DNA of 63,878 nucleotides, filler included, from Collodictyon triciliatum (GCA_043381765.1; 8 parts of 8 records of this genome joined end to end with filler, not necessarily neighbours in it); one strand, 5' to 3'; shown: positions 13,801 to 26,202, counted from the first letter of the whole stretch. Translations and numbers: made by a program. The notes: generated by a model not told the origin, from the letters alone.

Positions 13801-16800
13801 CAACTAGAAATAAAAATAGAGGTAACCCCTTTGAAGGAAATGAAAATGAAAATGAAAATGAAAATGAAAATGAAAATGAAAATGAAAGATGAGAAAAATG
13901 AAAGAAACCTCGTCATGTTCAGGACATCGCATAATTGCGCGAGGAATACGTTTTCCAAAGACTGACCGAACCATGATGTTGTCCTTAATCGCGCATGTGA
14001 CATGGTATTTTATTGGGCACGTATATTTTGTGCACTCAAATTTGACTCCCATTCGCAGGTGACAGGATTGACACGACTAGAAGTAGGTTATTGGAAGTTA
14101 CATATACTAACTCCTTTCAGCCCATAAATATATACAAAACAAGCTAATCTAGGTTTTCTTTTTATTTTAGGATTCCTTGTTGTTTAAGTACTGTGTATCG
14201 TTTAGCTTTAACAAATCAAAACCATTGTAAATAAAGAGGAACGAAACATAAGAAAATACCTGGAAGTCATCGGTCATTGTGAGCTGGAGCGGCTTCATTG
14301 TACTCAAATCTTTAGCCGACCCGATTCCGTTCCAAAAAGCGCATAAAATATGAGCGTAGTTTTCACCGGTGGGGATGCTTTCCTGAGAAACGGGCTGCAG
14401 AAACCCGCCCTTATGGGGACACAATACACAATTCTGAACGATAAAATCAATAAAAGAAATTACATCAATTAGCAATAAGCTGAAACGATAGAGTTTCTTC
14501 AAAGGCCCTGAAATCGAATAATGAGTGACAAAGTGGCACTTTACTCCGGCAATTAGAGTGAATAAATGCATAAATATTTTTACAGTGAATAATATGTTTC
14601 ACTTTTTTTAATGGAAGAGGCCCTTTTTGCCATGATTTTTTTGTTCTTTTGTTCTTTTGTTTTTGCTTTTGCTTTTGCTTTTGTTTTCATATTGGTTAGC
14701 AAATTTTACATTCGGCTTATTCTCAGAGGCAAGAATACATCCAAGGCATCTCCAACCCGGGCTAAACTGATGAGGCTTTACACCATAGCATATCCCATGT
14801 GCCATACCACCACAAACACTGCATGTGATTCGAATATCCCCAGGGTACGTCCTCATCGACAGGCAAATCGCGCACTTGAAGTTTGGTACGATTGTGTTTC
14901 GTGGGGATTGTCTGTGCTTATATAGAAACGTAAAGGCAATCATATTAGGTCGGCCGAAGCGACCAACCAACGGGGCCACTGGAATCATACGCGACAATGC
15001 CTGTGCCTTCTCCTCTGAATCAACTCTCGGTCGACCGTGCCGTGGGCATGAGAATTGAACTCTGCCATTAAGACATACAGTCTTTTCATCTCGGTAGAGT
15101 CCCTGTTGTTGTGCGCACATAAGATGAAAAGAAATCGAGCAGTTTTTGAATGAGCAGCACACGGCTCCAATCCCTCCTTGGGAACAAAGGAAGCATTCCT
15201 AATGCGTAGGGATAAATAAGATTTTAAAAAATTGGTTCTTCAACTTTAATTTTTGAAAATATGCGACTAATTTGAACTTCGTTTTTTTTTTATGGGTATT
15301 ATAATTAGCTATAATTAATTATATGTATCGATGTGTATTTGAATTCAAGTGAAAATATTACAGTATCATGACTATCTCGAATCAAGTTTTTCAAGTCTCG
15401 GATTGGACCCATATTCTCTTTGTTAACTACACCCACATCAGGATGGTTAAAAGCACAGAAAACATGACACCATTTGTTGTCGACCGATTTCTTGAAAACT
15501 CCCTTCGTGCGCAAGCATAGGATGCATAACTACATATTTGGCGATTTGATTTGATTGCGATGAACTGTAGTGTATTGACGTATGAGCAAATTGATTAGGG
15601 ACAAAATTAAGTGACAAAAATGAAAGTAAGAGGAGAGGAGAGGGAAAGTGGGCTCTTAGGTCTTGTAAATACATTGTTGATGTGACTACAATCATAAATT
15701 TTACCACTTTCTGCTCGTTTGACTGGCATTTCATACACACCCAGCCCTTTGCGTTCGCAGAGCTAACTCCGTAACATTTTTGATGTGTTGTGCATCCGCA
15801 CACACGACACTTGATAATTCTGTTGTTTTGCATCTGATATTTCTTCCAACAAACTTGACATTCAGACGTCTCACCGTCACATTCCTCGACTTTCTCTTCT
15901 CCATCTTCAAACTTTTCGATTTTGTTTTCCAAATGCACTGAAAATGATTCTTTATTGACATTCAAAGCAGACTCCTCCGACTCTATGAGTAACTGATCAG
16001 ATCTAGTACTTCTTGAGGGATGATTCTCCATTTCTTTTGCACTAAATAAAGATGCAGTATCTAGCTGCTCAATCAGTCTCCTACATGAACGGGTGCTTCG
16101 ACGAAGTGTAAAAGATGTTGTAATCTCTGGGATTATTGTTTCCACATTTGCTCCAGGAATCTCTATATAAGAGTTTTCGATTTCGATATGGGTAGTGTGC
16201 GTATTTTCCTGGTTTGGCTCATCTGTTTCAGCCACAGGAGAGGACGGCGATAGGGATGCAGATGAGGATTCAGAGTCAGAGTTAGAATCAGAAACAGAGT
16301 CAGAATCAGAATCAGAATCAGAATCAGAATCAGGGCCAGGATATGTTTGATTAAAATCATTTTCTTTGACAATAACGATGGCCTGTGTACATTCATCTTC
16401 GAGGGGCGACAGCGCGGCAGCTTCGATATGCTCTTCGTGTTCCAGTACCAATTCTTCGACTTCGTCATCCTCGTTGAAAGATATCGTACTTTGATTGCTA
16501 CTACTATCAGACAGAGCAGGTTCGACTCCAGCGTTGTGGTGGTCGTTGATGACAGTGGACTGAAAAATGGACCAGTCTATTGAATCTGCCTCCGCTGCGA
16601 CTATCTGGTCATCAGCCGGTATATTTTTCTCAACAACAGCCGCGTCGCCTGCCTGTGATATGCTTTCAATATCCATGGTAGATTCTTCGGTAAGTGCCTC
16701 ACCTTGATGTATGGCGATTTCACTGGAGGGAAGCGACATTATAACTGATTGTGCTTCAGTGAAAGAATCTTGGCAAAATATATCTGCGTATGTATTGATA

Positions 16801-19380
16801 TCGTTTGTGGTTATCAAAGGGACTGGTGCACATGCTTCTTCGTTTGTCGCTTTCTTTCCGTCCGCTTGACTGGGTCGATTTTCTGCCATGTCAAAAAAGT
16901 CGGGGGGGGGGGGGGGGGTTATTTCACCATCTCAGGAATCGGTTTAAAGGAAATAAAGAAAAGAAAATGTATACACTACAGGTAATGCGTTAATATGTAT
17001 TGATTTTTAAAAGTGAAAAAAAAAACCTTCCGTAAGCCCATCAAGGGTCTCTGCCTCCGGTAATTCGCTATCCATTGGGTTTATATTCATGGAATCTGTT
17101 GTGAAAGAGCTTTTTGCTTTTGAATGTGTGGTATAATCTTCTTCCTTTCTTGAGTGGACCTCTCCGACGTCAAATCTAGGTTGTGAGGTTTGATTTTCTG
17201 ACACGCTCTCAGAATCTGGAACCTCGTCTTTTTGTTGTGTAACAGGGATCTGTTTTTGCTCGACCGGGACAGATTCTGTCTCTATTTTTGGATCGACCCC
17301 TTCATCAGATACAGAAAATCTTTGCGACCTAGTTCTCATCGTCTTTTGAGGAGGTGTTGTCTCAGGTGCTTTAATGAGCCTCCTCCTTTCGACAGATTTT
17401 GGCTTAGTGTCCGACCCAGGTTCTGTTTCGAGCTTCTTTGGTCTGGATGGCGTCCTTTTTTTCGGGGTCTTGGATTTTTCTGACCCTTTAGATAGAGTGG
17501 NNNNNNNNNNNNNNNNNNNNNNNNNNNNNNNNNNNNNNNNNNNNNNNNNNNNNNNNNNNNNNNNNNNNNNNNNNNNNNNNNNNNNNNNNNNNNNNNNNNN
17601 NNNNNNNNNNNNNNNNNNNNNNNNNNNNNNNNNNNNNNNNNNNNNNNNNNNNNNNNNNNNNNNNNNNNNNNNNNNNNNNNNNNNNNNNNNNNNNNNNNNN
17701 NNNNNNNNNNNNNNNNNNNNNNNNNNNNNNNNNNNNNNNNNNNNNNNNNNNNNNNNNNNNNNNNNNNNNNNNNNNNNNNNNNNNNNNNNNNNNNNNNNNN
17801 NNNNNNNNNNNNNNNNNNNNNNNNNNNNNNNNNNNNNNNNNNNNNNNNNNNNNNNNNNNNNNNNNNNNNNNNNNNNNNNNNNNNNNNNNNNNNNNNNNNN
17901 NNNNNNNNNNNNNNNNNNNNNNNNNNNNNNNNNNNNNNNNNNNNNNNNNNNNNNNNNNNNNNNNNNNNNNNNNNNNNNNNNNNNNNNNNNNNNNNNNNNN
18001 NNNNNNNNNNNNNNNNNNNNNNNNNNNNNNNNNNNNNNNNNNNNNNNNNNNNNNNNNNNNNNNNNNNNNNNNNNNNNNNNNNNNNNNNNNNNNNNNNNNN
18101 NNNNNNNNNNNNNNNNNNNNNNNNNNNNNNNNNNNNNNNNNNNTGAGGTATATATGAATTATAAATTGCGACAAAGTAGACCATTTGATATGTGACATTT
18201 GTAATATATAATGAATATACCAGCTTGACTTACCTTTCCATGTTATAAATGACTCGGGGAGCGAAAAGACATGAGCAGAAACATCGTCCTCTAAATTCAT
18301 ATAGCGAGAACCTCGAAACAAAGGCACATCCACATTCGACCATGAGACAGCTTCGTCCACTTCTTCCGCATTTGGCCCATTCGAGAATTCAGATATGACC
18401 TCTTGAATCACTTCCGGGTACAAGTGTGAACTGGCTGTTATTTCTCGCCCAATATATATGATTGGAATACGTCTTTCTGGTTCCAAAGGTCTTCGTCGTA
18501 TGTTATGAAAGTCGATCAATTTCTTCTGGGCATTTTCATGGTCGTTTTGTAGACTACTATGAGGTGCGTTAAGCCTATCTTCGAAATTGTCAATCTCATC
18601 CATGATCCCATCGTCAGGGTCTTCGATATCGTCATTTTCTGTATTGCCATCAACGATCTCTTTCTGCTCCATTATCTTGTTGGGTCGATTGAACCTTCGA
18701 GGCCTTGATGATGAAAGTCTTTTTGTCTTTGGTCGAACTCTCGGTCTTCTCTGGAGCACATCGGCGGGTGGGTACGGATTTGATTGCTAAAAGAGAAAGA
18801 GGATGGCGTATATGTGTAAATCTTTAGAAAAGGTCTTGCACATGGTTTTTTATTCAGTATTTATCAAACTCACTTCATGGCCAGAATGTGAAATTAGTTC
18901 AGAAGTTTCGAGTTTGTTGGACTCGAGTTCTTTCCAGTCAGAGCTTGTGCCCGGATTGGCATCGTGCATATTTGGTAAGTTTGCTTCTCGTGCGGGGGAG
19001 ATATGTGAACTGGCTGATTGGGACGCTCTCCTTGTAATACGTGGCTGTGGTGGGCTCATAGGGGTCTTTTAATTGGGTGGTCTCGTAATTAGGAAAGTAA
19101 GATATAAAGAAAACATTGTGAAATAATCATATATATTGTACCTTTGGATCGAGTAAAGACCAATTTTTATATATGTGTTGACTCTCAATATATAAAGCGT
19201 GTGTATGTCTCGTAGTATTTGGAGTCATACATGACGTGATTTTCTCCGAAGCCTCTCGCCTAACGGAGGATCTTCCCCAGAAACAGACGGAATCAAAACA
19301 AAAGTTTCAGTCATGTTGTCGGGCTTTGATCCGGCGATTGTTTCTGCATCAACGGCATCAAGCCTCTCACAAAGATCCAT
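10855..19380 (-). CDS. Chromatin reader of the BRPF/JADE/Nto1/AF10 type with four tandem PZP modules; 3' end truncated at scaffold edge
   Basis: Four sets of PHD1 (e.g. CNVC...[31 protein letters not shown]), knuckle (CVLC...GAMRR...WCHMTC) and PHD2 (CGFC...CVKC...C...FHITCA...FCLHH); possible EPC/EPL1-like segment near 18230-18500; GT-AG introns in frame. Confidence 0.85.
11481..11503 (-). mobile_element. Ultra-short A-tailed insert, copy 1 (TTGAATCAAATAAAGGG-A6)
   Basis: Flanked by agaaaacgaaaatga (11466-11480) and agaaaatgaaaaatga (11504-11519); intronic; flanks are low complexity. Confidence 0.5.
13683..13698 (+). mobile_element. Ultra-short insert, copy 2 (TTTGAATCGAATAAGG)
   Basis: Core match; degenerate flanking repeat agtagttatttat (13656-13668) / agtaattatttat (13701-13713); intronic. 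Confidence 0.5.
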
Positions 19381-20063
19381 CAAACAAGTACACCGCTCTC
19401 CTTCAACGATAAGGTGAAATGCTAGGGCAAAGAAAAAAAAAAGCAAACCATAATAGACGAAAAAACAGATAAATCACAGAATAGAAACATGTAGGTACAT
19501 AAGCGCATGAGATAAGGCCGATAGAGTCTTAGTTCAAAAAATGGGCAAAGTGTGAACGTTGAGCAGAGAAGAAGAAAAGGAGAAAGAGAGAAGAAAAAAC
19601 TGTGTTCTTCAAAGACAAACGCGGCTACTGTCTTCGAAGAACCAGATTCCAAGCCGATAGCTTGTTGATAAACAGTTACTGCGGTGTATTTCCATCATTT
19701 GAGTTGACGGATCAACTGGGCCGAGAAAAGTTCACGTTGTTAACTGGCAGTGGAAAAGATTGCGCTTTGCTCTTGGAAAGGTGGCAAGAAAGAGCACAGA
19801 TCCAGGGAGACAAAGCTTCTCCTGATTGATCTGTTGTTCATTGATATATATTATTATATATATACATTTTGATGTTGATAATATTATATTGTGGAGCAAA
19901 GTAGCATATAATATCGATAAATCATCATAATAAATATATTCCGCATTTGGTATTCTTAATTAGTATCAATTCTCACTTTTAATCCATTTGCTTGCCACCG
20001 GGTCCTTTGAGCCCTGGTTTGCTCTTGGTGACGCACACCCGGCTATTGATGGGCCGATCTTCG

Positions 20064-20105
20064 TAAACCTAAACCTAAACCTAAACCTTAACCTAAGCCT
20101 AAGCC
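20064..20105. repeat. Telomere-like hexamer tract (TAAACC)4 TTAACC (TAAGCC)2
   Basis: Read directly; lies between the divergent PZP and EF-hand genes. Confidence 0.8.
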
Positions 20106-20336
20106 AACAAAGTGCTATGAGCACCACGGTTCGGAGTTTGTCCGCCCAACTCCCGCCAAGGCCGAATAGGCAAGAATTGCAACCCATCTCCGACCGGAAT
20201 CCCTAATCTGGACGGGTGGTTGCGGCGCGGCTGCGGCGTGATTGCGCCGTTGTCTTTTTTAAAAGAAGAATATTTCGTTAGATCCGCTCGCGTCTGTATA
20301 TCCCATCTAACAGTTGCAATTTCATTAAATAATGGC

Positions 20337-20375
20337 GTGGAATTTGTAACTCCATAATATAGTTACAAATTCCAC
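20337..20375. repeat. Perfect 15-bp inverted repeat with 9-nt loop
   Basis: gtggaatttgtaact-ccataatat-agttacaaattccac. Confidence 0.9.
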
Positions 20376-20465
20376 AAATGGCTGGGCGTTTATATACTAA
20401 CATCGCAAGGCGAAACGTACATAATCCAGCAGAGGGGGCTGCACGTAGGAGGGCACTTGAGTTCA

Positions 20466-21207
20466 ATGCCTCGTACCAAACAGATCAGAGAACACAAAAG
20501 AAAGAAGAAGGAGAAGGAGGCACCGGAGCATCACGACGGCCTATTCTCTGCAGCTGAGACGGACTTTCACTCAAACAAAATGAATGCTACGCAGATGAGA
20601 GAGAATGATATGTTTGTCTGCTTTTAACCACTTGACAAACATAGCACCCAACAAACTTTATAGCATAGAAACCATGGAGATCGCAGGATTGATCAAATTT
20701 GGGATCTACCTGTCCCGTTCATCATCGCTGGTGGACAAAGTAAATGCCTCCGTGAAGGAGCTGCTCAAGTTTGACACGGACGGGGATCGGACGCTGAGCG
20801 AGGAAGAGATCAACGCGGTATTGCTAGGGCTCAAGGGCAAGGATGACAAGGATAGTGTCAATCTGCGGTGCATGCTGTTCTTCGTCGCACACTGCCACAA
20901 GCAGTGGGAGAAGGACCCCGCAAAGACGGACAAGCTGCTGTCCCAATCTAAGCCTTTCCTTTCATCCTGGGATAGAGACCCCAAGATAGCAAAGCTGGAG
21001 AAGATGCTTTGCACGTACTTTCGCTCAAACATTGAGGGTAAGATAAAGACTCGTGTCGAAACGGCCTTCTCAAAGATAAGCGAAGACATCAGCGGTCGCA
21101 TCCAGGAGAAAATCTTTGAAGAGACTATCGGCCCTGTCATAGAGGAGGTTATGACAGAGCTCTTTGGTGAGCTACTCACTGAGATCTTGCTTAACGTCCT
21201 CTTTTGA
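20466..21207 (+). CDS. Orphan alpha-helical protein with one EF-hand-like loop; either intronless from ATG 20674 or with upstream exon 20466-20611 joined by a 52-nt intron (20612-20663)
   Basis: Open frame 20605-21207 with DTDGDRTLSEEE loop; the upstream ORF MPRTKQIREHKRKKK... joins in frame via GTTTGT...TATAG. Confidence 0.65.
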
Positions 21208-21249
21208 TGATATTTATTTATTCTATATATATAGAATAAATAAATATCA
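21208..21249. repeat. Perfect 42-bp palindrome starting at the first base after the TGA stop
   Basis: tgatatttatttattctatat|atatagaataaataaatatca is its own reverse complement. Confidence 0.92.
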
Positions 21250-21995
21250 GATTATTTCATCCACAATTGTTTTGTGCGTTTATATACCCAATTCACGACC
21301 ATATATGGTATGAACGCGCGCCATCCTCGCCAAAAACAAAAATTGATTTGGGTTTATAATTTGCCGGGCCGATTTCAAAATGAACAAGTACACGCTGCAC
21401 GAAAGATTTATCCTCGGTCTTAAAAATAAATATGNNNNNNNNNNNNNNNNNNNNNNNNNNNNNNNNNNNNNNNNNNNNTTAATTAATTAANNNNNNNNNN
21501 NNNNNNNNNNNNNNNNNNNNNNNNNNNNNNNNNNAAAAAAAAAAAAAAAAAACAGAAAAAAGAAAAGAAACGAAAACAGCAAGGCAAAAGGCGAAAAACA
21601 AAACACTTTTACCAAGCAGTCGACAGACCAGGGCGTTTCTCTCTCACCTCTCCTTTGTCAAAGGGAAAATGAAAAAAAAAATATGACAAATAATATAAAA
21701 CAGAATGAAGGCCAAAAGACGCTGTCCGGACGCGACACAGGAAGAAAATACATGTGCACCGACCAACTCGCCCACAACCAACCAAGCGTTTCAAAGCGGA
21801 GGAAAATTATGCCAACAAAAGCAACAAAAGAGAAAAGGAAAATACACATGAATTATAAAACTTCCAGCAAGAATGTCAATGAGGGAGGACGATATAGCAT
21901 TCCAATGCCGCACCATCTTGCACGCGTATTTTAATTCTTATTTTTTTATATAGATTTTTATTAAGATGGTGACTTGCGTAAGGATATATCAGAGA

Positions 21996-24900
21996 CTATA
22001 GTAAACTGCACATACTCGACCTTTTCTGCCGCGCAAGCGCCTTCCCTGGGCTTCCGGGACTCGGGTCGCTTCTTTGAGACGGAGGGGCGCTCGCAGCTGC
22101 TTTAGCGGGACTCGATGGCTGAGAGGCAATGTTGACAGAGACATTATGATTGGAGCCAGTTTTCGCAGCAGATTCCGAGCCGGTAGCTTCGGACTTTGTT
22201 TGTAACACAGAGGCCTCCGTTTCACCAGGAGCCTTTGCCTTTGCCTTTGCCTTTGTCATTTCCTCCTGGGCAGCTGCGGCCTCTTTCTTCTTTCGCAACT
22301 CTGCTTCACATTGCCGCAGGTCGTTTTGTTGTCGGATGTCCATCCATGTCCATTTGTGTGTGCACTTTGGTGCAGGCTTCGTTTCTGGGTTTGTTGATGG
22401 CGATGCATCTGACTTTGGATTGGCTTCGGCGTTGATGGCGGACGTCAGAGAATTATCCTTTAGAAAAAGCACAATGGCAGATACATTGTCCCCAACGTCA
22501 AAGTCGTCGCTCCAACCTCGGACGCACTCGTCCACCAGGGCATTTGTAGCCTTTAAATGAAGGAGGACGACATAAAGGATTTTGAGCTTATCCTTTTCCT
22601 TTTTTTATATATCATACAGTACGATATCCTCGGAAAAAATAAGGCAAATATATGACCATACTCCATAATATAAAAACAAAAATACAGAAAGAGCCAAGTA
22701 AAGCGAACTTACTGATTCCGGGTCCTTGTGTCTCATCACCAAATCAACAGCCTCCTGAGTATGAATTAGTATTTGATTGTACGATTGGCTTCAGAGGGAC
22801 ACAAGTAGTTCTTTGTGGGGGTGGATAATATAATATGAGATTAATTTTGAATGTGCATATATTAACCTGGTTGGAAAGGATATCCCATACACCATCACTG
22901 CCTATGATTATCACCTGGTCATATTCATCGATTCTCTTGAAACTTACATCGGGATTAGATATAACCCCCAAAGTGTGGCCCAGAGTATCGCCTATCGCAT
23001 GTGCACATAAAAGATTAGTATGTATTTTAAAAGGAGATAACGGTGAAAATGGAAGAAGAAGGCCATCAGATACATGACAAAAAAAAATAGTGTACTCAAG
23101 TCAAAAAAAAAAAATAATCAGCCAACTATTGGCAATAGAAAGATTTAAACTCAAAGCGTATGGATTACCAAGAGTGCGGCTTGTCACCAAGCCTGGATAT
23201 CGTTGTTCCGGTGCATATATTCTCATTTCATCGAAAGCATTAGAAGGAAGCTTTGGGTCAAGCTTCACCTGTCCGCCCGCCTTGAATCCACCGAAATTGA
23301 ACACGAAGATATTTTTTTTAAAAAAAAATACAGTGTGCATTAATCAAGAGCAAAAGAATTGGCAATAAAAAAATTATCGAATATTGAGAAGGGTCTTCAC
23401 AACAGATTTATGTATATAATGATTTTATAAAAATGATAAAAATTAGCAAATGCTACCTTTAAAACTCTCTCCTTTTCCTCTGCTATTTCACCAACACGAT
23501 GGTCAACACTGACAGGGAGTGCAATTATATGCGCTCGTTGGTTTCTTGTGTCAGGGTTTGTTGAGTCCACAGCGGTCAATTTCTTGCAGCAAACACACTC
23601 TCTGAAAAGAAAAAGGAATTATAAGAAAGAAACCAATGTTTGGATTTGATCGATGCCTTTTTCTTTCTTTTTGAAATCTGCGACGATGAGGGTTGTTCTA
23701 TTACCTTCCCAAGACGATTCGCGAATCACCAACATTTGCAAAGAAAGCCATCTGGTTCTGAAAAAATACAATAGATGCTGTTGTACCAGCTAAGTAAAAC
23801 TGGTCTTTCTCTTCCTCCATTTCTGCCTAATTTTTTTTAAGTGTGAAAGACAAACATGTTTGCGGATAATGAACGTGTGATAGTGTCATTTTGGGTGCCC
23901 CTTGTTAACATTGATTGCTTGGGATTCATATTTAATAATTGCTCTGAACCTGGGTCGAAAGAAAGCTTGAAATCATTATCTCTACAATCTCTTCTGTTGG
24001 CAAATTACTTCCACTTCGATTATACTTTGCAAGGAATGATTTATACAGAAGATCCTTGGCAAAGTTTGCAACCTTACGAGAGACTGGTTAATATTCGGTA
24101 ATAATTACATTGAATATGTTCTCCTTTTTTTTTTATCTCTTTCTTTTGAAAAAGGAAAAGGCAAAGAAATGCTGCTAACTTCATCTCCATGATTTCCATG
24201 GCCATCAAATACGCCAAACATTGCAGTATGAGGGACATTCCCCACTCCATTTATGTGGAGCATGGCATCCTGAAAATATGCGAGGAAGTTATGAAACTTA
24301 CATCTCACCTATAAATAATCAAGAAACTCCAGCTATCCTTAAGAGGAAACAAATTAGAAATTGAAGGTAATAACTTGATTGTATGACGCATTATATCCTT
24401 CATCAGAGAGAGCGCCAAACGCATGAAATCCGGGTTTGTCAGTGCCTTCTTCAGGCTGCACTCCCAAATCGATTATTGAATTCATTCTCCTTTGTTTACT
24501 CGGCATTTTATCAGGATATTTCTGCATATTTACATATTTTCTTCCTCCATGGGATTCGGTTTCGCTGTCGGCCTTGATAGATTTTTTTTTAAAAAATTTT
24601 TAATTAATTTGAAATACTATTCACTTTTTTTTAAATAACTTGACAGTATTTTCTTTCCACAATATTTGTCTGTGAAGGAAAGAATGATAGGGGGAGGAAA
24701 TAATTAATTAATTATTTAATTATATCCAATTCAAAGTCACTTTGAATGCGAAGAGGGACAAAGACACCAAAAGAAAAGCAAACAAAAAGGAATTATAACA
24801 ATAAATAATAATAATGATTATTACTGACAAATTAACAAAGACAAAGAGAATATCAAAGACAAAATCAGAGACAAAACAAAGACAAAAACAAACACAAACG

Positions 24901-25438
24901 CAAAGACAAACACAAACACAAAGAGAATAACAGAGAAAGGAAAGCGTTACATGGTCATCCAGCCCGCTGTAACCTCCGCTGTCCTTCGAGCTCTATTTCC
25001 AACACAATTTAGAGAATGAAAAGGGCTCCGACACACTCTGGTAAACAAATCCAGTGCCTCGAATCCGCACGGCCCGTAGAGACATGTCTGCCTTCCATCA
25101 GCACAATCATAGGACAAGTGTCCACCAGGCATCAAAGAAAAGAAAGAAAAGAAAGAAAAGAAAGAAAAGAAAGAAAAGAAAGATAGAATAATAGAATAGA
25201 AGACTCCAGAAGCGCAAGCATAAGCACAAACCATGGAAACCTGAGACATTCGCTCGCTCCTTCTCCGGGCGGACTCTGTGACCGAGCCGTGGAAGCTTCC
25301 GTACCGAATCGACGAGACAGAGCCGCTCTCGTTCGGAGTATCTTCCGAAACCAGCGACAGACAAGGGATGGCCAAGGAGTGGACCGAGCTGGGCTCCGAG
25401 TCCTTCCCCGTCCACGCTCGCGTCGGCGTTCTGGCCAT
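21996..25438 (-). CDS. PP2C/PPM-family protein phosphatase (multi-exon)
   Basis: Motifs NQD, FGVFDGHG, GTTA, ANVGDSR, SVDH, GLVTSRTLGD, GSDGVWD, GDNVSAIV in the expected order; canonical introns. Confidence 0.92.
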
Positions 25439-25648
25439 CCTCTCGCACCTTCCCGGCCGCTACGGAACGAGTCAGCCTCACGTAAGAGTTCTCGGCCCCC
25501 TCTCCTCACCCGGATTGACTCGGTTGTGTCTGCGCCGCCTTCTCTCTGAATCAGGGCTGCGAGACATTTGACAGCCGCCCGGCCGATAAGGTGCACGCAT
25601 GAGGCATCAGCGACTCGAGGAGTGCTTTTATCAAGACATCGGATTTAT

Positions 25649-26202
25649 TTAGTTCTTCTTGAGCTGCTCCAGAACGCGGGTGAGGGCGTCGGTCTTCTCG
25701 CCGAAGTTGGTGATGACAACGGAGCGGCAGTTGAGAACCTTGCGGGCGGTTCCGTCGCGGTCGAACTTGCAGAGGCCAGCCCACTCGCCGAGCTGCTTTC
25801 CCTCAGGGACCTTGACAAGGGGAACGCGACGGTCAGCGCAGAGGGCAGTGATCAGCCTGCGAGGTTGTAAGGGTTAGCGCCAATGAAGTGTGCCGCAGGA
25901 GGGCCGGCAAAAGGCTTGGTTCGGGGTGGCCTCACTTGGCGTAGTTGGCCTCGTCGAGGTCTTCAGAGATAATGGCCAGAAGGCCTGCGCCGCGGTCGAT
26001 GGCGCGCACAGCTTCGTGGAGTCCGCGGGCCAGTCCGTCGGCGATGAGAGCCTTCTTGAGGATCTCTTGGATGTCGTTGAGCTGGTTATATTCCACGGTC
26101 TCACCAGTGGCCATTTCCCTGCACAATAGTGATTGAGCTGGGAAACTCGACAAAGTTTGCCATTCGCAATGAATGAGCTTACTCAGTGCCTTCTTGGGTC
26201 AT
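25649..26202 (-). CDS. RPS12: 40S ribosomal protein S12 (eS12), 3 exons
   Basis: [22 protein letters not shown]...LITALCA...[28 protein letters not shown]; two GT-AG introns. Confidence 0.95.

Noticed and set aside
21339-21346. AAAATTGA (Mimivirus early-promoter motif) upstream of the ORF at 21380
   Set aside because: The same octamer occurs in ordinary AT-rich introns in this window (e.g. near 32802, 46367, 61006), so it is not independent evidence
24072-24180. Apparent non-canonical (TT-AG or GT-CA) intron in PP2C
   Set aside because: The alternative acceptor cgtaag|gttgca gives a canonical GT-AG intron and the better motif GDEVANFAK
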